A DNA stretch of 64,000 nucleotides from a bacterium. Lineage in GTDB: Bacteria; T1Sed10-126. Position 1 is the first letter of the stretch; each line of letters starts with the position of its first letter. The position numbers and the translations under genes were made by a program. The stretch lies in the NCBI GenBank assembly GCA_003554945.1, contig PWHN01000044.1, positions 27,386-91,385 of the forward strand. Reading direction: 5' to 3'. This document shows, piece after piece, positions 46,016 to 56,578 of this stretch. The notes beneath the pieces were generated by a model. The model saw only the letters and a list, made by a program, of their open reading frames with translations. It made no database searches and was not told where the DNA came from.

Positions 46016-46912
46016 TCAAATTTCTCTATTCTCCGGCGTATCCGGTGGTGAACTAGTACCAAATTGTTCGATATTTTCCTGGTAATGATTGATGGCAAAA
46101 TAGACCCAAACTATACCGGCTACCAGTGTAATAAACTCTGCGTAAGGTATATTAATTCCCGCCAAGCGCAGGGGAAAGAGAACAGTCTGAACGATAAGGA
46201 CAGGCGTGATGGCGTAAGCGGATACAAGCAGGAGTTGTCCCCAGCCAGGGTCTTCCGGGACGTTGTCCCGGGCGATAATTCCTCCGCTACTGATTAGAAC
46301 TATCCGGAGTATTGAGCTGAACAGAAGTTCAAGTAGAGTCAGAGCAGCAAGTGAAAAAATAAGTGCAATTCGAAAATAAGGGAGCCAGTCACTAATAAAG
46401 GCGGTATCAACGAGTATTTCCGGGGCCCCTTTAGTCTCTTCATAATAACGGGTCGAAAAATCCATGAACATGCCAGGGCCGGAGCGGGCAAACAATCTGC
46501 CGTTGACAGCAACAGCGAGCACGTCGTCATCCAGCCGGGCTCGATTAACACTACCTTCCGGATCAATAATTATTCGGTAATCCTGATAAATTTCCAGGCT
46601 GTAGGGGGACTGATTTTGAATCCGGAGGTCACCGTTTTGGAAATAGACGTCCGGCCAGTCGGCCATTAAGTTTTCGCCGACGACGCCACTCACATTCCAG
46701 ACAAAAAAACTACCGGCGAGCACCTGGATAGCCCCGAGGAGGAGTAGAAGCTTAAAAAAGTAACCAACAGTTGAACTGGTCTTTTCGGAAAGTGGAAAGA
46801 CATAAAATTTTGGATTACTGCAGGCCATGATGAGCCGACGCAGGAAACCGGCGGGCAGCTTGTTTAAACTATGATTGAAACCGTTTTTTGAGTCGTTAGC
46901 CTGTTTATCCAC
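46016..46912 (-). CDS. Membrane protein (DUF1189-like)
   Basis: TM helix, PD.YF.NG.L periplasmic domain, then several TM helices with YAITP. Confidence 0.65.
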   Translation of the reverse strand: MDKQANDSKNGFNHSLNKLPAGFLRRLIMACSNPKFYVFPLSEKTSSTVGYFFKLLLLLGAIQVLAGSFFVWNVSGVVGENLMADWPDVYFQNGDLRIQNQSPYSLEIYQDYRIIIDPEGSVNRARLDDDVLAVAVNGRLFARSGPGMFMDFSTRYYEETKGAPEILVDTAFISDWLPYFRIALIFSLAALTLLELLFSSILRIVLISSGGIIARDNVPEDPGWGQLLLVSAYAITPVLIVQTVLFPLRLAGINIPYAEFITLVAGIVWVYFAINHYQENIEQFGTSSPPDTPENREI

Positions 46913-47135
46913 TGTTTATCCTTTTTTTTATTTAACAGCTAAATTTTGATTGGAAAAAATTCGTAGTTTTGCCTGTTACATTGTATAATACAGCCCACTT
47001 TATGACGAGCCAGAACCTACCGGAAGGGGATCATATTTTCTTCCCCGCGGGGGGAAGACCAGGCGGCAAGGAAAATATGGAGCGGGACTCGATTCGCGAT
47101 GAAAAAATAACTGCTTTTTTCAGGAGTGAAACTTC

Positions 47136-47951
47136 TTGGTTAACAAAGAAAAAATGAAGGACGTGCAGGACAGCCCGGCTGCTCAAGAGGAAGAGCTGCA
47201 CCGGGTAGGAATCCGAGATTTTAAACTGCCGCTGCTTGTCGCCGACCGGGCAAACGACACACAACCCGTCGTAGCCACGGCAAATTTCGGCGTAAATCTT
47301 GACAAAAATCAACGCGGTGCCCATTTGAGCCGTTTTGTGGAACTGGCGGAAGACTACAGACGTTCCCGTTTCACCCTCCACTCAGTGGGAGAATTTCTGC
47401 GAGATATGAGAGAGCGACTGGAGTCAACTAATGCTTACGCTCGATTCGATTTCGACTACTTTATGCCCAAAGATTCGCCGCTGTCGGAAAAGGCTGCTCT
47501 TGTTGATTTCAACTGCGGCTTCGGTGGACTACTGGTTGAGGATAAAGTTAATATCTGGATCAGAACCGAAGTTCCGGTAACATCCTTATGTCCCTGCAGT
47601 AAATCAAACAGCGAGGGTGGCGCCCACAACCAGCGGGCGCGGGTCAAAACCAGGGCGGTTATCGACGGCATGGTCTGGTTGGAAGAAATGATTGAGCTAA
47701 TTGAAAACAGCGGTAGCAGCCAGGTTTATGCGCTGTTGAAAAGAGAAGATGAAGCCTATCTTACTAACGAAGCCTACGAGAATCCCAAGTTTGTCGAGGA
47801 TATTGTCCGCGATTTAAGCGCCAGTTTAAAAGAACATGAACAGATAAAGGATTTTGTGGCTGAATGCGTTAGCTATGAATCGATCCACAACCACAATGCC
47901 TACGCAGCCACTCGCCACGGAACATTCTGGGACCGGCTGGAGGAGTTTTAA
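47136..47951 (+). CDS. folE2: GTP cyclohydrolase IB
   Basis: DVQ, RVGI, RGAHLSRF, SLCPCSK, AHNQR, LLKREDE, NPKFVED, ESIHNHNAYA. Confidence 0.96.
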   Translation: MVNKEKMKDVQDSPAAQEEELHRVGIRDFKLPLLVADRANDTQPVVATANFGVNLDKNQRGAHLSRFVELAEDYRRSRFTLHSVGEFLRDMRERLESTNAYARFDFDYFMPKDSPLSEKAALVDFNCGFGGLLVEDKVNIWIRTEVPVTSLCPCSKSNSEGGAHNQRARVKTRAVIDGMVWLEEMIELIENSGSSQVYALLKREDEAYLTNEAYENPKFVEDIVRDLSASLKEHEQIKDFVAECVSYESIHNHNAYAATRHGTFWDRLEEF

Positions 47952-48829
47952 TGACAAGTTACGAGAAGGCGCTCATCGAACAGGGTGGAATGGATCTCCA
48001 CTCACACTCTTTTGCCTCGGATGGCCAGTTCAAACCAAAAGAGCTGGCAAAACGAGCCGAGTCGGCCGGACTGGAGATACTTGCGCTGACCGACCATGAC
48101 ACCGTAGCCGGAGTTGAAGAGTTTATGTCCGCCGGTCAAAATTTGTCTCTAACTACTGTCCCCGGTGTAGAAATAAGCTGTCAGAGCGGCAAAAAACGAT
48201 TTCATATCCTTGGCTACTACATAGACTGGACGCGCCCAAAACTGAAAAAACGACTGAATTTTTTTGAACAGGCCCGGGCCGATCGTGTTCGGAGAATGCT
48301 TGAAGTTTTAGCAAGGCACACTGGAATCAAAATATCTTTTGACGAAGTTTCCCGCCGCGCCGGCAAGAGCCTGATTGGTAAACCTCACGTAGCACAGACC
48401 TTAGTTGCGAAGGGAGTGGTTAATTCCACTGCCGAAGCTTTTAATCAATACCTGGCTCACGGCCGGCCGCTTGATAAAGTCCCCAAGGAACGAATGGGAG
48501 TAAACGAAGCGATAGGTTTAATAAAAGAGTCCGGCGGCGTGCCGGTGCTTGCCCACCCGGTCCTGCATGAAGGTAAACTTGATTTAAAACGGCTGATTGG
48601 CCTTGGGATAGAAGGATTAGAGGTTTTTTACTCCGACAATCAAGCCGAAGACTCTGCCCATTACTGGAAGTTAGCCCGCAAACACGATTTGATTGTTACC
48701 GGGGGCAGCGATTTTCACGGCAGTGTAAAACCCGAGGTTAAGCTGGGCGATATACGAGTAGACAGCGATTTTTTACAACCCCTCAAGCAAGCCAGTCGCC
48801 GGGCCGGTGGTCGACTTGATATCCAGTGA
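47951..48829 (+). CDS. PHP domain protein (TrpH/YciV-like), second paralog
   Basis: DLHSHS..SDG, LTDHDT, PGVEIS, HILGY, AHP, TGGSDFHG. Confidence 0.92.
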   Translation: MTSYEKALIEQGGMDLHSHSFASDGQFKPKELAKRAESAGLEILALTDHDTVAGVEEFMSAGQNLSLTTVPGVEISCQSGKKRFHILGYYIDWTRPKLKKRLNFFEQARADRVRRMLEVLARHTGIKISFDEVSRRAGKSLIGKPHVAQTLVAKGVVNSTAEAFNQYLAHGRPLDKVPKERMGVNEAIGLIKESGGVPVLAHPVLHEGKLDLKRLIGLGIEGLEVFYSDNQAEDSAHYWKLARKHDLIVTGGSDFHGSVKPEVKLGDIRVDSDFLQPLKQASRRAGGRLDIQ

Positions 48830-48850
48830 TTTTGTGAGGAATGAGTAGCC

Positions 48851-49945
48851 GTGGTTACAAAAATTAAGCTCGGATTGGAATTAACAACCCTACATACGGC
48901 TCATCGGACGCGTGGATTTGGCCGCGTTGCCCAGGCCTATTTTGAAGAGTTGAGCCGGCGGCCAGAAATTGAGGTGGCTCCATACAGCACTGATGAATTT
49001 CCACGCTCCACGGGAACCAGGGATGACCAGTGGAAAGATCAGCTCTGGGACCGCTGGCGGCTGGCCTGGAGTTATCGCACGCAGGAGATCGACCTGCTCC
49101 AGATCATTGACCCGATGAAAGTTCCACCTTTTAGCTCAGCACCAGTGGTAACCATGGTTCATGATCTAATTCCATACATTTACCGGGAGCGTTATCAACC
49201 CAACCTATTTGTGCAGTATCTATACTGGCGAATGAAAAGGCAAATAAAATCATCGGCCGGAGTAGTAACACCATCACACAGCACGGCTGAAGACCTGGCG
49301 ATGATGTTTGCTATAAATGAGGACAGAATTCAACCGATTCCACATGGAATAGACAGGAAACGTTTTTATCCGAGAGCGGAGACAGAGATTAAAGAACTCT
49401 GTCAGAAATACCGGCTGCGGCGTCCTTACTTCCTTATGGTGGCCGACCTCAGCAAATATGATCCAAGAAAAAGCCTGGAACCTGTGATTACCCGCTGGGA
49501 TGTTGAAAAGCTACAAGAAGTCTCGCTGGTTGTAGCCGGCAAACAAGGCGAGTATTCAGAACAGTTGAAACGAAAATGGCCCGGACGAAGAAATCAGCTT
49601 ATATTTCCGGGCTACGTCGACGATAACGAATTGGCCGGGCTCTACAGTGGAGCCAGCGGACTGATTTTTCCCTCCCGTTACGAAGGATTTGGCTTTCCGG
49701 TGCTGGAGGCGATGGCCTGTGGAACACGGCCGGTGGTCAGAACTATAGGGTCGGTCAAAGAAATTATAGACGGTCACGCAATTCAGCTGGAAGACAGTTA
49801 TTTTGAGGAGGAACTGGTAGATGCGCTTCTGGAGCTAAAATACGAGTCCGACACCGACGAAAAACTTGTAACACATACGAAAAAGTACAGTTGGGAAAAA
49901 ACTATTGAACGACTTTTAGAATATTATAAAAACTTTTTGCCCTGA
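48851..49945 (+). CDS. Glycosyltransferase family 4 (GT-B)
   Basis: HDLIP, PRK, FPSRYEGFGFPVLEAMACG, YSW. Confidence 0.92.
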   Translation: MVTKIKLGLELTTLHTAHRTRGFGRVAQAYFEELSRRPEIEVAPYSTDEFPRSTGTRDDQWKDQLWDRWRLAWSYRTQEIDLLQIIDPMKVPPFSSAPVVTMVHDLIPYIYRERYQPNLFVQYLYWRMKRQIKSSAGVVTPSHSTAEDLAMMFAINEDRIQPIPHGIDRKRFYPRAETEIKELCQKYRLRRPYFLMVADLSKYDPRKSLEPVITRWDVEKLQEVSLVVAGKQGEYSEQLKRKWPGRRNQLIFPGYVDDNELAGLYSGASGLIFPSRYEGFGFPVLEAMACGTRPVVRTIGSVKEIIDGHAIQLEDSYFEEELVDALLELKYESDTDEKLVTHTKKYSWEKTIERLLEYYKNFLP

Positions 49946-49950
49946 ACTTT

Positions 49951-51261
49951 TCACTCTCCGGCAAGCTCATCCAGGTATTTCTTCAGGCGACTCTCCTGCC
50001 CATGTGAAGTGGGTTTATAAAAGTCCTGCGGCTCTGTTAGGTAATCCTGCTTAACGTAGGCGCCCGGATAATTATGAGGATACTGGTATTCCCCGCTCGC
50101 CTGTTTATCTTTTTCACTGCCGTAACTGCTATCGCGCAGGTGTGGGGGGACGGGGAGTTCGAGTCCATCCCTTATTGCCTGGCGGGCCTTTTTTATAGCC
50201 TCATAGCTGGCATTGCTCTTGGGTGAGGAAGCCAGGTAGGTAGTGGCCTGGGCCAGCGGAATCTGTGCTTCCGGAAGACCCACGGTTTCAACAGCCTGCT
50301 GGGCGGCAACCGTCAGGGTGAGAGCATAGGGAGCAGCGTTGCCAATATCCTCGGAAGCAGCGATTATAAGGCGACGGGCGATAAACCGGGGGTCTTCGCC
50401 GGCTTCCAGCATACGAGCGAGATAATAAATAGCAGCGTCCGGGTCCGATCCTCTAATGCTCTTTATAAAGGCCGAGGCAACGTCATAGTGATGGTCGGCG
50501 TCGCGATCGTAATCGACATATTTTTCTTGATAAACACCCTCCAGAAGGTCACGGTTAATCGTCTTCTGTTCCGCAGTCAGAACGGCGATCTCCAACCCTT
50601 GAAGCAGACGGCGTCCATCTCCACCGGCAACGTCGAGAATATATTCTTCTGCTTCCGCGGTCAATTCAACCTCCCCGTCATATCCACGTTCATCCCTCAA
50701 AGCACGATTTAAGAGAATACGGAGGTTATCCTCGCTCAATTTTTTAAATTCAACCAGCAGGGAGCGAGAAATAAGAGCGTTGTTCAGGTAGTAATAGGGA
50801 TTCTGAGTAGTAGCGCCGATTAAGATCAGAGTTCTTTTTTCTACTGAAGGCAGGAGCGCGTCCTGCTGGGCTTTGTTAAAACGGTGAATTTCATCGAAGA
50901 AAAGAATCGTCCGTCTGGATTGAGCCTGCTGACGCTGGCGCGCCCGTTCAATGACCGCCCGCAGGTCATCCTTGCCCGCAAGGACAGCATTCAAACGCTC
51001 AAAGGCGGCATCAGTGCGGCGGGCAACAATATTTGCGAGAGCTGTTTTACCAACTCCGGGAGGACCGTGAATAATAAGACTACTCAGCCGGTCGGCCTCA
51101 AGAGCTCTTCTGAGTGGGGTCCCCGGACCGACCGCATTTTCCTGACCTACAAACTCAGACAGGTCACGGGGGGCAAGCCGCAAAGGAAGAGGCTGCGTCG
51201 CCGGATCAGTATCTCCGGCAGGCTGTTGCTTAAAAAGATTGCTCTCCTGCTCAGTCGCCAC
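49951..51261 (-). CDS. rarA: Replication-associated recombination protein A (RarA/MgsA)
   Basis: GPPGVGKT, DEIHRFNKAQQD, SAFIKSIRGSDPDAA, SEDIGNA, SPKSN; GTG 51261 is the likely start. Confidence 0.96.
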   Translation of the reverse strand: MATEQESNLFKQQPAGDTDPATQPLPLRLAPRDLSEFVGQENAVGPGTPLRRALEADRLSSLIIHGPPGVGKTALANIVARRTDAAFERLNAVLAGKDDLRAVIERARQRQQAQSRRTILFFDEIHRFNKAQQDALLPSVEKRTLILIGATTQNPYYYLNNALISRSLLVEFKKLSEDNLRILLNRALRDERGYDGEVELTAEAEEYILDVAGGDGRRLLQGLEIAVLTAEQKTINRDLLEGVYQEKYVDYDRDADHHYDVASAFIKSIRGSDPDAAIYYLARMLEAGEDPRFIARRLIIAASEDIGNAAPYALTLTVAAQQAVETVGLPEAQIPLAQATTYLASSPKSNASYEAIKKARQAIRDGLELPVPPHLRDSSYGSEKDKQASGEYQYPHNYPGAYVKQDYLTEPQDFYKPTSHGQESRLKKYLDELAGE

Positions 51262-51934
51262 GTATTTTTTCCAAACAGTCGCGGACAAATTTTGATATGT
51301 TGCGAAAATCGTCCCAGCGTTTGAGGCAAGCACCCTCCTGAAAGAGTAATACGGTGGGAAATTTTGTTATGCCCTGTTTTTTTACAAGGTCAGGATTTTT
51401 CGTGGCATTAACCAGTGAAAGTCTAACCTGGCTGCTGGCGCGCGATTTTATTTTTTCAAGCGAAGGACTGACCTGCCAGTTTGTCGGCTCCGCAGGGTTC
51501 ATAACGGCAACAAGATGAAAATATGTGCCTGTATTAATAATGTGAGGAAATGAAACTGAATCCACGAGTTCAAATTTTGAGGTTTCAAAGAGAAATCTCC
51601 CGACGAGAAAATCTTTGAACACGTGCTTAAACTCATCAGTGTAGTGAAAATCACCCAGCCGCCGTAATTCCTTACCATCGCGGAAAATAATAAAGGCGGG
51701 ACAGCTTTTGATCCCCCACTGATAAAAGTAGTCACGGTAGTCACGAATACGGGCAGCTATGAAAGTGAAAATATTTATATGTTCCTGAGCTACTTTTGAA
51801 ACGGCTGGTTCAATCAACTGACAGAGATTTGATCTGGGCTCGATAAAATAGATGAGCACGGGTTTCTTGGCCGAAGCTATTTCCCCCTCCAGCTTATCCC
51901 CTTTTGGTGGACGGAAGGGACGTGGTAAAGCCAC
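51251..51934 (-). CDS. Tandem thioredoxin-fold protein lacking CxxC
   Basis: PVLIYF..RSNLC, SCPAFIIFRDG; second repeat KFPTVLLFQEG. Confidence 0.7.
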   Translation of the reverse strand: MALPRPFRPPKGDKLEGEIASAKKPVLIYFIEPRSNLCQLIEPAVSKVAQEHINIFTFIAARIRDYRDYFYQWGIKSCPAFIIFRDGKELRRLGDFHYTDEFKHVFKDFLVGRFLFETSKFELVDSVSFPHIINTGTYFHLVAVMNPAEPTNWQVSPSLEKIKSRASSQVRLSLVNATKNPDLVKKQGITKFPTVLLFQEGACLKRWDDFRNISKFVRDCLEKIRGD

Positions 51935-51937
51935 TAT

Positions 51938-52222
51938 TTACTCCTCCTCAATAGCCTTCATTTTTTTCTGGATCTGCTCGAAACGGTTCAAAAGCTCGTC
52001 GGTCAGTTCGGCCGGGCGGTCTTCAATCTCCGCCGCAGTTAATTCGCCGGCAAGATTTAAAGAAACAAGCAATGCCACCTGAAGGCGACTGGCCTGCGGG
52101 GCCTTGGTCTTAATCGTTTCAATTTTGTCCTCTACCAGTCTCAACGACCGCTCGATCAACTCGGGGTCCTCACCCGTTTTCACGGGAATGTTCACGCCAA
52201 GTAATTCTACAGAATCAGCCAT
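51938..52222 (-). CDS. zapA: Cell division protein ZapA
   Basis: Beta-hairpin, LVEDKI, VALLVSLNLA, coiled coil; typical position after pheT. Confidence 0.85.
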   Translation of the reverse strand: MADSVELLGVNIPVKTGEDPELIERSLRLVEDKIETIKTKAPQASRLQVALLVSLNLAGELTAAEIEDRPAELTDELLNRFEQIQKKMKAIEEE

Positions 52223-52231
52223 TTAAATCAC

Positions 52232-52504
52232 TCAGCTCGTCTCATCTACAAGGCTCATAATATGTTTAAATTTTTGTTCTAACGCGCCCGTCAAATCGAC
52301 AGCGGCAGCGGTCTGCCGCTCCAGATCACTTTCCAACGATTGTATCTCAGACCCTGCTTCAGATAACTCCTGTTTTAACTCTTTATTTTTTTCTTGCAAC
52401 TGTTGGAGCTCCGCCCGGGTCCGTTCAAATTTAATCAGAAGTTCCTCGACCGCGTCAAGATGTTCTTTTAAAAGCTCCTCGTAGTAATTGTCTCTTTCAC
52501 TCAT
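52232..52504 (-). CDS. ZapB-like coiled-coil protein
   Basis: ATG overlapping the end of pheT; entirely coiled coil; pheT-zapB-zapA synteny. Confidence 0.65.
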   Translation of the reverse strand: MSERDNYYEELLKEHLDAVEELLIKFERTRAELQQLQEKNKELKQELSEAGSEIQSLESDLERQTAAAVDLTGALEQKFKHIMSLVDETS

Positions 52505-54866
52505 CGCGCAACTGGGCGTTGTATTTGTCTTGCAGTGTGGACAAAATTTTGTCCTGAATATTATTGACTTCATCATCGCTCAGGGAACGATCCTCTGCCC
52601 GAAATAAAAGTCTGAAGCTAAGACTTTTTTTTCCGGCAGGAAGCGGCTCCCCCTGATAGAGATCAAATAGATTGATTTCCTCCAGCCAGTCGGCGGTCGT
52701 GCGAATAGTTTTTTCGAGTGGTTCCACCTGTTGGTCCAGGTCAACTACAAGATCAAGGTCACGCTTAACCGGCGGTTGAGTGGAAAATTTGGAATAACTG
52801 CGCGGCCGGGGTTCAGGTAGCCCATCAAGGTTAAGTTCAGCCCCAAGAACCGGACCGGGATAGTCGTAAGAAAGCAAATCTTCACTTATCCGCCCCAGTT
52901 TCCCGACCTGTCTGTCCGCGACCACAATGCGAGTTGATTTTTCGGGCATCATTCCCGGTAGTTCAACGGTTTTTAGCTCAAAGCGAGGTAGATGGAGCTG
53001 GGCGAACAGCTTTTCCAGCAGACCCTTAAGATCGTAAAAATCCTGATAGCGATTGCTATCATCCCAGTGTTGCTCGTAAATATGGGTATGGGAGAGTATG
53101 GCCAGGTGCAGAGGCTCAGCCTCACTCTTACCGGGAAAAACGCGCCCAATTTCAAAGAGAGAGAGCTCCTCGTTTCCAGCGGCGAAGTTGTCCTCAAAAC
53201 TGGTAAACAGTGAATCGAGGAGGGTCTGCCGCATAGTTTTTTGTGTGACCGCGAGCGGATTGGCGAGATGAAGGCTTTCTTCGCCGGGCACTTCTGCAAA
53301 ACGATGTTCATCGGGACCCAGAAAACTAAAGTTTATATTTTCTGAATATCCCTGGTTGACAAGGAAATTGCGAACCTTGGATTCGAGGCGTTCCTCGTGA
53401 TCCGGTGTGCGTTCAGAATTAAGCCGGGGGTAAGTAACCGGAATCTGTTCGTAACCCTGCAGCCGGACAACTTCCTCAACGAGATCTTCAGGGCGGCGTA
53501 AATCGGATCGCCAGGCGGGAACATCGACCTGCCATTCTCGCTTGTTTTCCTGCACGTTAAGACCAAGTTTCTCAAGCTGGTTGGACGTCTTCTCCGGGCC
53601 AACTTCATAACCAATAATTTGTTCGAACAACTCAGGTTTGTAGGGGATCCGTATTTGGGGTGCATCTTTAGCCCGGCAGGTCACCGATTTGTTTATTTGT
53701 AGTTGCTCTTCATCCTGCGCGGGATCCTGTTCAAAAAGCTGAAGACAGCGAGCCAGGCAGCGATCATAATTTTCTGGGTCCACCCCACGTTCAAAACGGT
53801 GCGAGGCTTCAGTAGAAAGCTTGTGGTCCTGGGCACTCGAACGAATACCGGTGGGTTCAAAATAAGCACCTTCCAGCAAAATCCGGTTGGTCGACGCGCT
53901 GACCTGACTGTAAGCACCGCCCATAACACCGGCCAGTGCCTGCGGCCGGCGCGCGTCGGCGATGACCAGATCCTCCTGGGCCAACTGGCGTTTTTCGTCA
54001 TCAAGCGTGGTCAGTTTCTCAGCTTGTCTTGCGTAACGAACAATAACCGGCAACTGAAGCCGGTCGGCGTCAAACGGATGCAGAGGATGGCCAACTTCAA
54101 ACAGAGTATAGTTTGTGATGTCAACTATATTATTCAAAGGACGCAGACCCATTTTTAATATTTTTTTCTGGATCTCAAAAGAAGACTCGGCTACTTTTAC
54201 TCCACTCACTGGAACAGCAGTATAACTCCAGCAGGCTTCGGGGGCTTCGATTTTTACCTCGAGATCTGTCTCTGCAACTCCCGCCGGCAGAGAATTTGGA
54301 CGTGGGTCTTTTAAGTCCAGGTTTTCAGCGGCTGCAAAATCGCGGGCGACACCAAGATGCGAGAGACAGTCGCTACGGTTTGGAGTCAGGTCAAGCTCCA
54401 GAATCGGGGCTTCAAGATCAAGGATTTTGGAAGCCGGCTGACCCGGCTTAATCTTTTCGGGAAGGTTTAGCAAAGTCTGGGCATCAGTTGTTAAACCAAG
54501 CTCACGCGAAGAGCAAAGAAGTCCTTCCGAGTCGTGCCCGGCGAATTTTCTTGTTTCAACCTGTTCTCCGTTCAGAAAGCTACCCGGCGGGGCCCAGAGG
54601 TAGGTTTTCCCGGCTTGCACCTGAGGCGCCGCGGTAACTACCTGACAGCTTCGAGAACCGTCATTCACCTGACAAATCTTCAGGTCAGACCGCGAGTCGT
54701 GAGGAGATATTTCTTCCACCCGGGCACTTAGGACACCCCGGTTAAGATGGGCCAGGTCCAGCGTCGCATCGACCTCCAGCCCAATGTCAGTGAGCCGGCG
54801 CGCCAGATCCTCAGTTTTTGAAGGAAGTTCTACAAATTCAGCCAGCCAGTCAGTTAGTATACGCAT
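52497..54866 (-). CDS. pheT: Phenylalanine-tRNA ligase beta subunit
   Basis: LDLTPNRSDCLS, NNIVDITNY, RFERGVD, WRSDL..EDLVEEV, FDX-ACB C-terminus. Confidence 0.98.
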   Translation of the reverse strand: MRILTDWLAEFVELPSKTEDLARRLTDIGLEVDATLDLAHLNRGVLSARVEEISPHDSRSDLKICQVNDGSRSCQVVTAAPQVQAGKTYLWAPPGSFLNGEQVETRKFAGHDSEGLLCSSRELGLTTDAQTLLNLPEKIKPGQPASKILDLEAPILELDLTPNRSDCLSHLGVARDFAAAENLDLKDPRPNSLPAGVAETDLEVKIEAPEACWSYTAVPVSGVKVAESSFEIQKKILKMGLRPLNNIVDITNYTLFEVGHPLHPFDADRLQLPVIVRYARQAEKLTTLDDEKRQLAQEDLVIADARRPQALAGVMGGAYSQVSASTNRILLEGAYFEPTGIRSSAQDHKLSTEASHRFERGVDPENYDRCLARCLQLFEQDPAQDEEQLQINKSVTCRAKDAPQIRIPYKPELFEQIIGYEVGPEKTSNQLEKLGLNVQENKREWQVDVPAWRSDLRRPEDLVEEVVRLQGYEQIPVTYPRLNSERTPDHEERLESKVRNFLVNQGYSENINFSFLGPDEHRFAEVPGEESLHLANPLAVTQKTMRQTLLDSLFTSFEDNFAAGNEELSLFEIGRVFPGKSEAEPLHLAILSHTHIYEQHWDDSNRYQDFYDLKGLLEKLFAQLHLPRFELKTVELPGMMPEKSTRIVVADRQVGKLGRISEDLLSYDYPGPVLGAELNLDGLPEPRPRSYSKFSTQPPVKRDLDLVVDLDQQVEPLEKTIRTTADWLEEINLFDLYQGEPLPAGKKSLSFRLLFRAEDRSLSDDEVNNIQDKILSTLQDKYNAQLRDE

Positions 54867-54878
54867 CGAATTTCTCCG

Positions 54879-55883
54879 TTAAAATTGGTTCAAGAACCTG
54901 AGATCGTTTTCATAGAAAAGCTGCAGATTGTCAATGCCGTATTTAAGCATGGCCAGTCGCTCAACTCCCATTCCAAATGCAAACCCCTGCCAGCGATCAG
55001 TGTCATATCCGACTGCTTTGAAAACTTCCGGATCGACCATGCCGGCGCCCAAAATTTCAAGCCATTCGCCTCCAGCTTCTTCAAATTGAATGTCTACCTC
55101 GGCTGATGGCTCTGTAAAGGGAAAGTAACTCGGACGAAAACGAAGCCGGGTTTCAGGCCCAAAAAAACGGTGAACAAAGAGTTCCAGGGTCCCTTTCAGA
55201 TCAGCAAAAGTCGCCTGCCTGTCAACCCAGAGCCCTTCGACCTGGTGAAAAACCGGTGAATGAGACATATCGGCGGCATCGCGTCGAAAAGTCCTACCGG
55301 GAGCTATTATTTGAAGCGGCGGCTTTTCAGCCTCCATAACGTGCACCTGGACAGGAGAAGTATGGGTTCTAAGCAGCCGACCGTCCTCAAGATAAAGGGT
55401 ATCGTGCATATCGCGTGCGGGATGATCGGCGGGAATGTTCAAAGCTTCGAAATTGTAGAAATCAGTCTCTATCTCCGGGCCCTCGACAGTGGTGTAACCC
55501 ATACGCTCAAAGATTTCCACAATCCGCTCCAGAGCTAAATTTAGCGGATGTTTACTCCCACGGGAGTTAACCCGACCGGGCAGGGTCGGGTCGAAAGGGG
55601 GGGCACCTTCTTCTGACCCGGAAGAACTGGAAACTTTTCCCTGCTTTTGTTCAAATTTTTTGGAGAGTTTCTGTTTTAAGGCATTTGCTCTTTTTCCAAC
55701 CTGGGGCCGCTGCTCGCTCGGGATCTCACCTATGGAACTGAGTATCTGGCGCAGCATCCCGCTGCGGCCGAGATATTTCACACGATAATCTTCCAGCTCC
55801 TCCGGCGAGGTGCAGTCCTCCAGCTCTGCTGGCGCCTCACTTTCGAGCTGGTCAAGCAGCTCGAGTGGTGAAGGCAAACTCAC
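54879..55883 (-). CDS. pheS: Phenylalanine-tRNA ligase alpha subunit
   Basis: [36 protein letters not shown]. Confidence 0.98.
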   Translation of the reverse strand: MSLPSPLELLDQLESEAPAELEDCTSPEELEDYRVKYLGRSGMLRQILSSIGEIPSEQRPQVGKRANALKQKLSKKFEQKQGKVSSSSGSEEGAPPFDPTLPGRVNSRGSKHPLNLALERIVEIFERMGYTTVEGPEIETDFYNFEALNIPADHPARDMHDTLYLEDGRLLRTHTSPVQVHVMEAEKPPLQIIAPGRTFRRDAADMSHSPVFHQVEGLWVDRQATFADLKGTLELFVHRFFGPETRLRFRPSYFPFTEPSAEVDIQFEEAGGEWLEILGAGMVDPEVFKAVGYDTDRWQGFAFGMGVERLAMLKYGIDNLQLFYENDLRFLNQF

Positions 55884-56233
55884 TCAATCTCCCGAGCAAA
55901 ATCTACTATGGCACTGAACGCCTCGGGGTCACGAACTGCCAGGTCGGCAAGCATCTTGCGATTCAATTTAACGTCAGCTTTCTTCAGTTTACCAATCAAC
56001 TGACTGTAGGACATACCGTTCTGGCGAGCGGCTGCATTGATACGTGTAATCCACAGGCGCCGAAAGTTCCGCTTTTTCTCCTTGCGATGGCGGTAGGCGT
56101 GTTTTAGTCCACGTTCAACGCTCTGCTTGGCTTCCCGGTAATTAGTGCTACGTCCTCCCCGGTAGCCACGAGCTTGTTTTAAAACCTTCTTGTGCCGTCG
56201 GCGTCTAATTTTACTTTTTTTAGTACCAGCCAT
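55880..56233 (-). CDS. rplT: 50S ribosomal protein L20 (bL20)
   Basis: [39 protein letters not shown]. Confidence 0.98.
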   Translation of the reverse strand: MAGTKKSKIRRRRHKKVLKQARGYRGGRSTNYREAKQSVERGLKHAYRHRKEKKRNFRRLWITRINAAARQNGMSYSQLIGKLKKADVKLNRKMLADLAVRDPEAFSAIVDFAREIE

Positions 56234-56358
56234 TTTCTACTCCTCCTTCTTTTAACTTAAGTAGCAGTCTTATTTCAATTTTTAACGGTTAATTGCGGCA
56301 GCGGTATAAGCCGCACAGGCGGGTCAATCTTCAGTTACGTCTCCAGAAACGCAGTTAC

Positions 56359-56559
56359 TCAGCCGTAAGGCATCATTTTCTTTATGCGTTTGAAGTCCGA
56401 ACGATTGATCTCCTTGGAGCCTCTTAGTTGACGTTTAGCATCGCTGCCCATCTTAGAAAGCAGATGACTTTTCCGGGCACGGTGATGCATAACCTTACCG
56501 GTGCCGGTAATTTTAAACCTTTTTGCAACCGCTTTACGGGTCTTCATTTTTTTAGACAT
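56359..56559 (-). CDS. rpmI: 50S ribosomal protein L35 (bL35)
   Basis: KMKT.KAVAKRFKITGTGK, HLL.K. Confidence 0.98.
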   Translation of the reverse strand: MSKKMKTRKAVAKRFKITGTGKVMHHRARKSHLLSKMGSDAKRQLRGSKEINRSDFKRIKKMMPYG

Positions 56560-56578
56560 AACGTATACCTCCGTTCAA

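Noticed and set aside
56234-56358. L20 leader RNA between rpmI and rplT
   Set aside because: Only a weak hairpin is visible, and known L20 leaders lie upstream of infC or rpmI; it cannot be supported by eye.
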